Shown: positions 17,941 through 20,280 of the stretch, one piece after another | How positions within the stretch are numbered: the first letter of the stretch is position 1 | Layout: the number at the start of each line of letters is the position of its first letter | NCBI RefSeq assembly: GCF_004010195.1 | Contig: NC_057757.1 | Span: 9,622,726 to 9,643,005, forward strand | From: Chiloscyllium plagiosum | Lineage: Eukaryota | DNA: 20,280 bases | Direction: 5' to 3' | The notes under the pieces: model-generated | Database searches by the model: none | What the model was told of the DNA's origin: nothing | Seen by the model: only the letters and a program-made list of their open reading frames with translations | Position numbers and translations under genes: made by a program

Positions 17941-19191
17941 ATGCAGAGTGATAGTTCTGTGCTAAAGGCAGAAGCCACAATGTGCATTACTCCTGCACAA
18001 GGAATCTCTTGCATCATGAGGGGATCCCTGCCCACAGAGATCTTCCTGACTGAAGGATCCTCCCACAAAAAACCAGGCAGGCCTCTATTCTGACTCCAGG
18101 TAGAAGGCAGCTGTCATCATGTCTTCCTACTGCCTGATCTTCATGGCTGTAGTTATTTCCTTTCAACCCATCGATGAAAAAGCTCTTGTCACCTGTTAAA
18201 ATCTGATGATGCAAATGATAGGGTTTTTGACTTGAATTCTTATGCTCTTTCTGATTCATTTACTTGTAAAGTACTGGTTTAAAATACCGGATCCGTGAAC
18301 AATATAAATTCTCATAAAGCGAAGCAAGTTTGTGGGATTATAGTAAGCTGTACAAACGTTGGAGTGTTTTTAAGGTTGGTCTTGTTGTTAGTTGAACTAG
18401 TCTGGGGAAGATTTGATACAGGCTGGAATAGGAATGATATCCTCGGTGATCAATATTATATAAAAACAATGTCAAACAAGATGGGGGAGGAACTCTGATT
18501 GAGAACCAGTTCAGAGACAGTGAGCGGTGGTGATTCTAGGCTTCTATTCCTGCCTTCAGCAGGATCTAGCAGACTCAGTTGCTTTTGAATGATTCTTTTG
18601 TCAACTCTGTGATTATGGACACTGCATAATCCCAGTTATCATCCCCATTTTTGGATAGAAAATTGCTAAATGTTCATAACAGATCCACTGATATCTGACA
18701 CGGCAGGGAATAAGAGTAACAAATGATCTCCACCCAAAATGTAGATCCGTCTGTTCTTCCCAGGGCCTGTGAAGTATTTTCTGCCTTTGTTTCAAGCTTC
18801 CATGATTTGAAGTCGCTCGTTGTAATCTCCATTTCGGAAATGTTGTTGCTTGTAGGCATTTCCCTTTATTGTGTGCATTTCAAAAGCTACTAAGACCGTT
18901 CTGAAAGTTTTTAATTTGCGAAGAGAGCTTTACAGAGAAGGAGATAGCTATGGAGCAAACACAGTCTGCTTCAGTGAGAAGTCTGAGGGGATTTCAGGAA
19001 TTTGATTCAGTACAATAAACTCCAGGGAACACATCTGCTCCATTGCTGGCTGACTCTATTAATCTCACCTCTACATGAATGGGAAACCAAACAATATCAC
19101 AGAAGTTTCCAGAAATGTTAGTGCAGCCATATAGTGCAATAGTACTGGTGGCTCTAATGTGTCTAAGATGTGGTAATCAAGAAAGGACAGG

Positions 19192-20043
19192 TGCAGACTT
19201 ACCATAGACTACTCTCTAGTATCTGTCTCATTCTTAGATACTTGCATCTGCATCAAGGATGGGCACCTCAGCACCTCACTCTACCACAAGCCCATGGATA
19301 ACCTCACAATGCTATAATACGCATACACAGAATCTATTCAGATGAGGAGGAACGTGACAGACACCTGAAGGTACTCAAGGGTGTCCTCATAAGAACAGGG
19401 TACAATGCTCAACTCATCGTCCACCAGTTCTGATGTGCCACATCGAGAAACCATAATGAGCCCCTCAGGAGACAGACACGGGTTGCAACCGATAGGGTAC
19501 ACATCGTTGTCCAGTACTTTTGGGGACCTGAAAAACTATGCCATGTTCTTTGCAGCTAGTACACATTATCGATGAGGATAAGCACCTCGCCAAGACCTTC
19601 CCTATGCCTCCACTTCTTGCATGTAAACAACCACCAAACCTTAAACAGACCATTGTTTGCAGCAAACTGCCTAGCCTTTAGGACAACATCAACCACAACA
19701 CCATACAACCCTGTCATGACAACCACTGCAAGACGTGTCAGAGTATCAACACGGGTAACACCATTACATGTGGGGACACCACCCACAGTGTATGTGGTAC
19801 GTACTCATGTGACTTGGCCAACGTTGTCTATTTCATATGCTGCAGGTAAGGATGCCCCGAGGCATGGTACATTGGTGAGACCGAGCAGACGCTATCACAA
19901 CGGTTGAATGGACACCACACAACAATCACCAGGCAGGAGCGTTCCCTTCCAGTCAGGAAACACTTTGACGGTCTGGGACATTTGGTCTCGGATCTTCAGG
20001 TGACCATCCTCCAAGGTGGACTTCGAGATAGGCAACAATGCAC
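19192..20043 (+). mobile_element. Penelope-like retroelement of a second family: RT C-terminus plus GIY-YIG, decayed
   Basis: RLTIDYSLVSVSFLDTCICIKDGHLSTSLYHKPMDNL, IHRIYSDEEERDRHLKVLKGVLIRTGY, a Cys-rich linker, and YSCDLANVVYFICCR*GCPEAWYIGETEQTLSQRLNGH. Stops and frameshifts are present. Confidence 0.9.
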
Positions 20044-20046
20044 AGC

Positions 20047-20280
20047 AGAAGTATACGAAATAAGGTAGGTGAACTTGCAGCGTGGGTTGGTACCTGGGAC
20101 TTCGATGTTGTGGCTATTACGGAGACATGGGTAGAACAGGGACAGGATTGGCTGTTGAAGGTCCCAGGGTTTAAATGTTTTAGTAGGGTCAGAGGTGGGG
20201 GTAAAAGAGGGGGAGGTGTGGCATTGCTTGTCAAAGATAGTATTACAGTGGTGGAAAGGACGATGGATGAAGACTCACCA
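20047..20280 (+). mobile_element. CR1 LINE ORF2 N-terminus (APE endonuclease), open to the window edge
   Basis: 78 stop-free codons: RSIRNKVGELAAWVGTWDFDVVAITETWVEQGQDWLLKVPGFKCFSRVRGGGKRGGGVALLVKDS. They carry the APE motifs (NA)RSI..K, AITETW and GGGVALLV. This frame is not in the ORF track. Confidence 0.92.

Noticed and set aside
18014..18259. Minus ORF with LLPGVRIE..GRIL resembling the CR1 ORF1 esterase motif CLPGARV
   Set aside because: The flanking GDS and GTND motifs are not convincingly present, so the similarity may be chance.
1..20280. CRISPR arrays, prokaryotic operons or retron-like RT systems
   Set aside because: No regularly spaced repeats or gene-dense structure. All RT sequence belongs to eukaryotic CR1-group or Penelope elements.

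Overview
This is eukaryotic, repeat-dense, non-coding DNA (intronic or intergenic). The repeat complement points to an elasmobranch, most likely a shark; that assignment is inferred from recalled repeat families. I found no convincing host-gene exon. Nearly all long ORFs in the track are pieces of retroelements or shadow frames of them. The window holds seven HE1-like tRNA-derived SINE copies or fragments, many decayed CR1-clade LINE fragments, two Penelope-like RT plus GIY-YIG relics, Deu-domain SINE relics, a second SINE/LINE pair sharing a 3' tail, and a probable TA-flanked MITE. The most notable structures are: (1) an intact minimal type-I hammerhead ribozyme motif in a solo Penelope terminal repeat (1747-1781, minus strand), plus a decayed one at 10782-10812; (2) a four-level nested insertion stack over about 4313-9070 that can be reconstructed from reading-frame continuity and short duplications; (3) an inverted repeat with ~175 bp arms (13212-13385 and 14221-14395, ~84% identical by hand alignment) that resembles L1 ORF1; (4) an uninterrupted CR1 endonuclease frame running off the right edge. 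I do not see a demonstrably new biological system. Family names come from recalled consensus sequences and need a Dfam/Repbase check.
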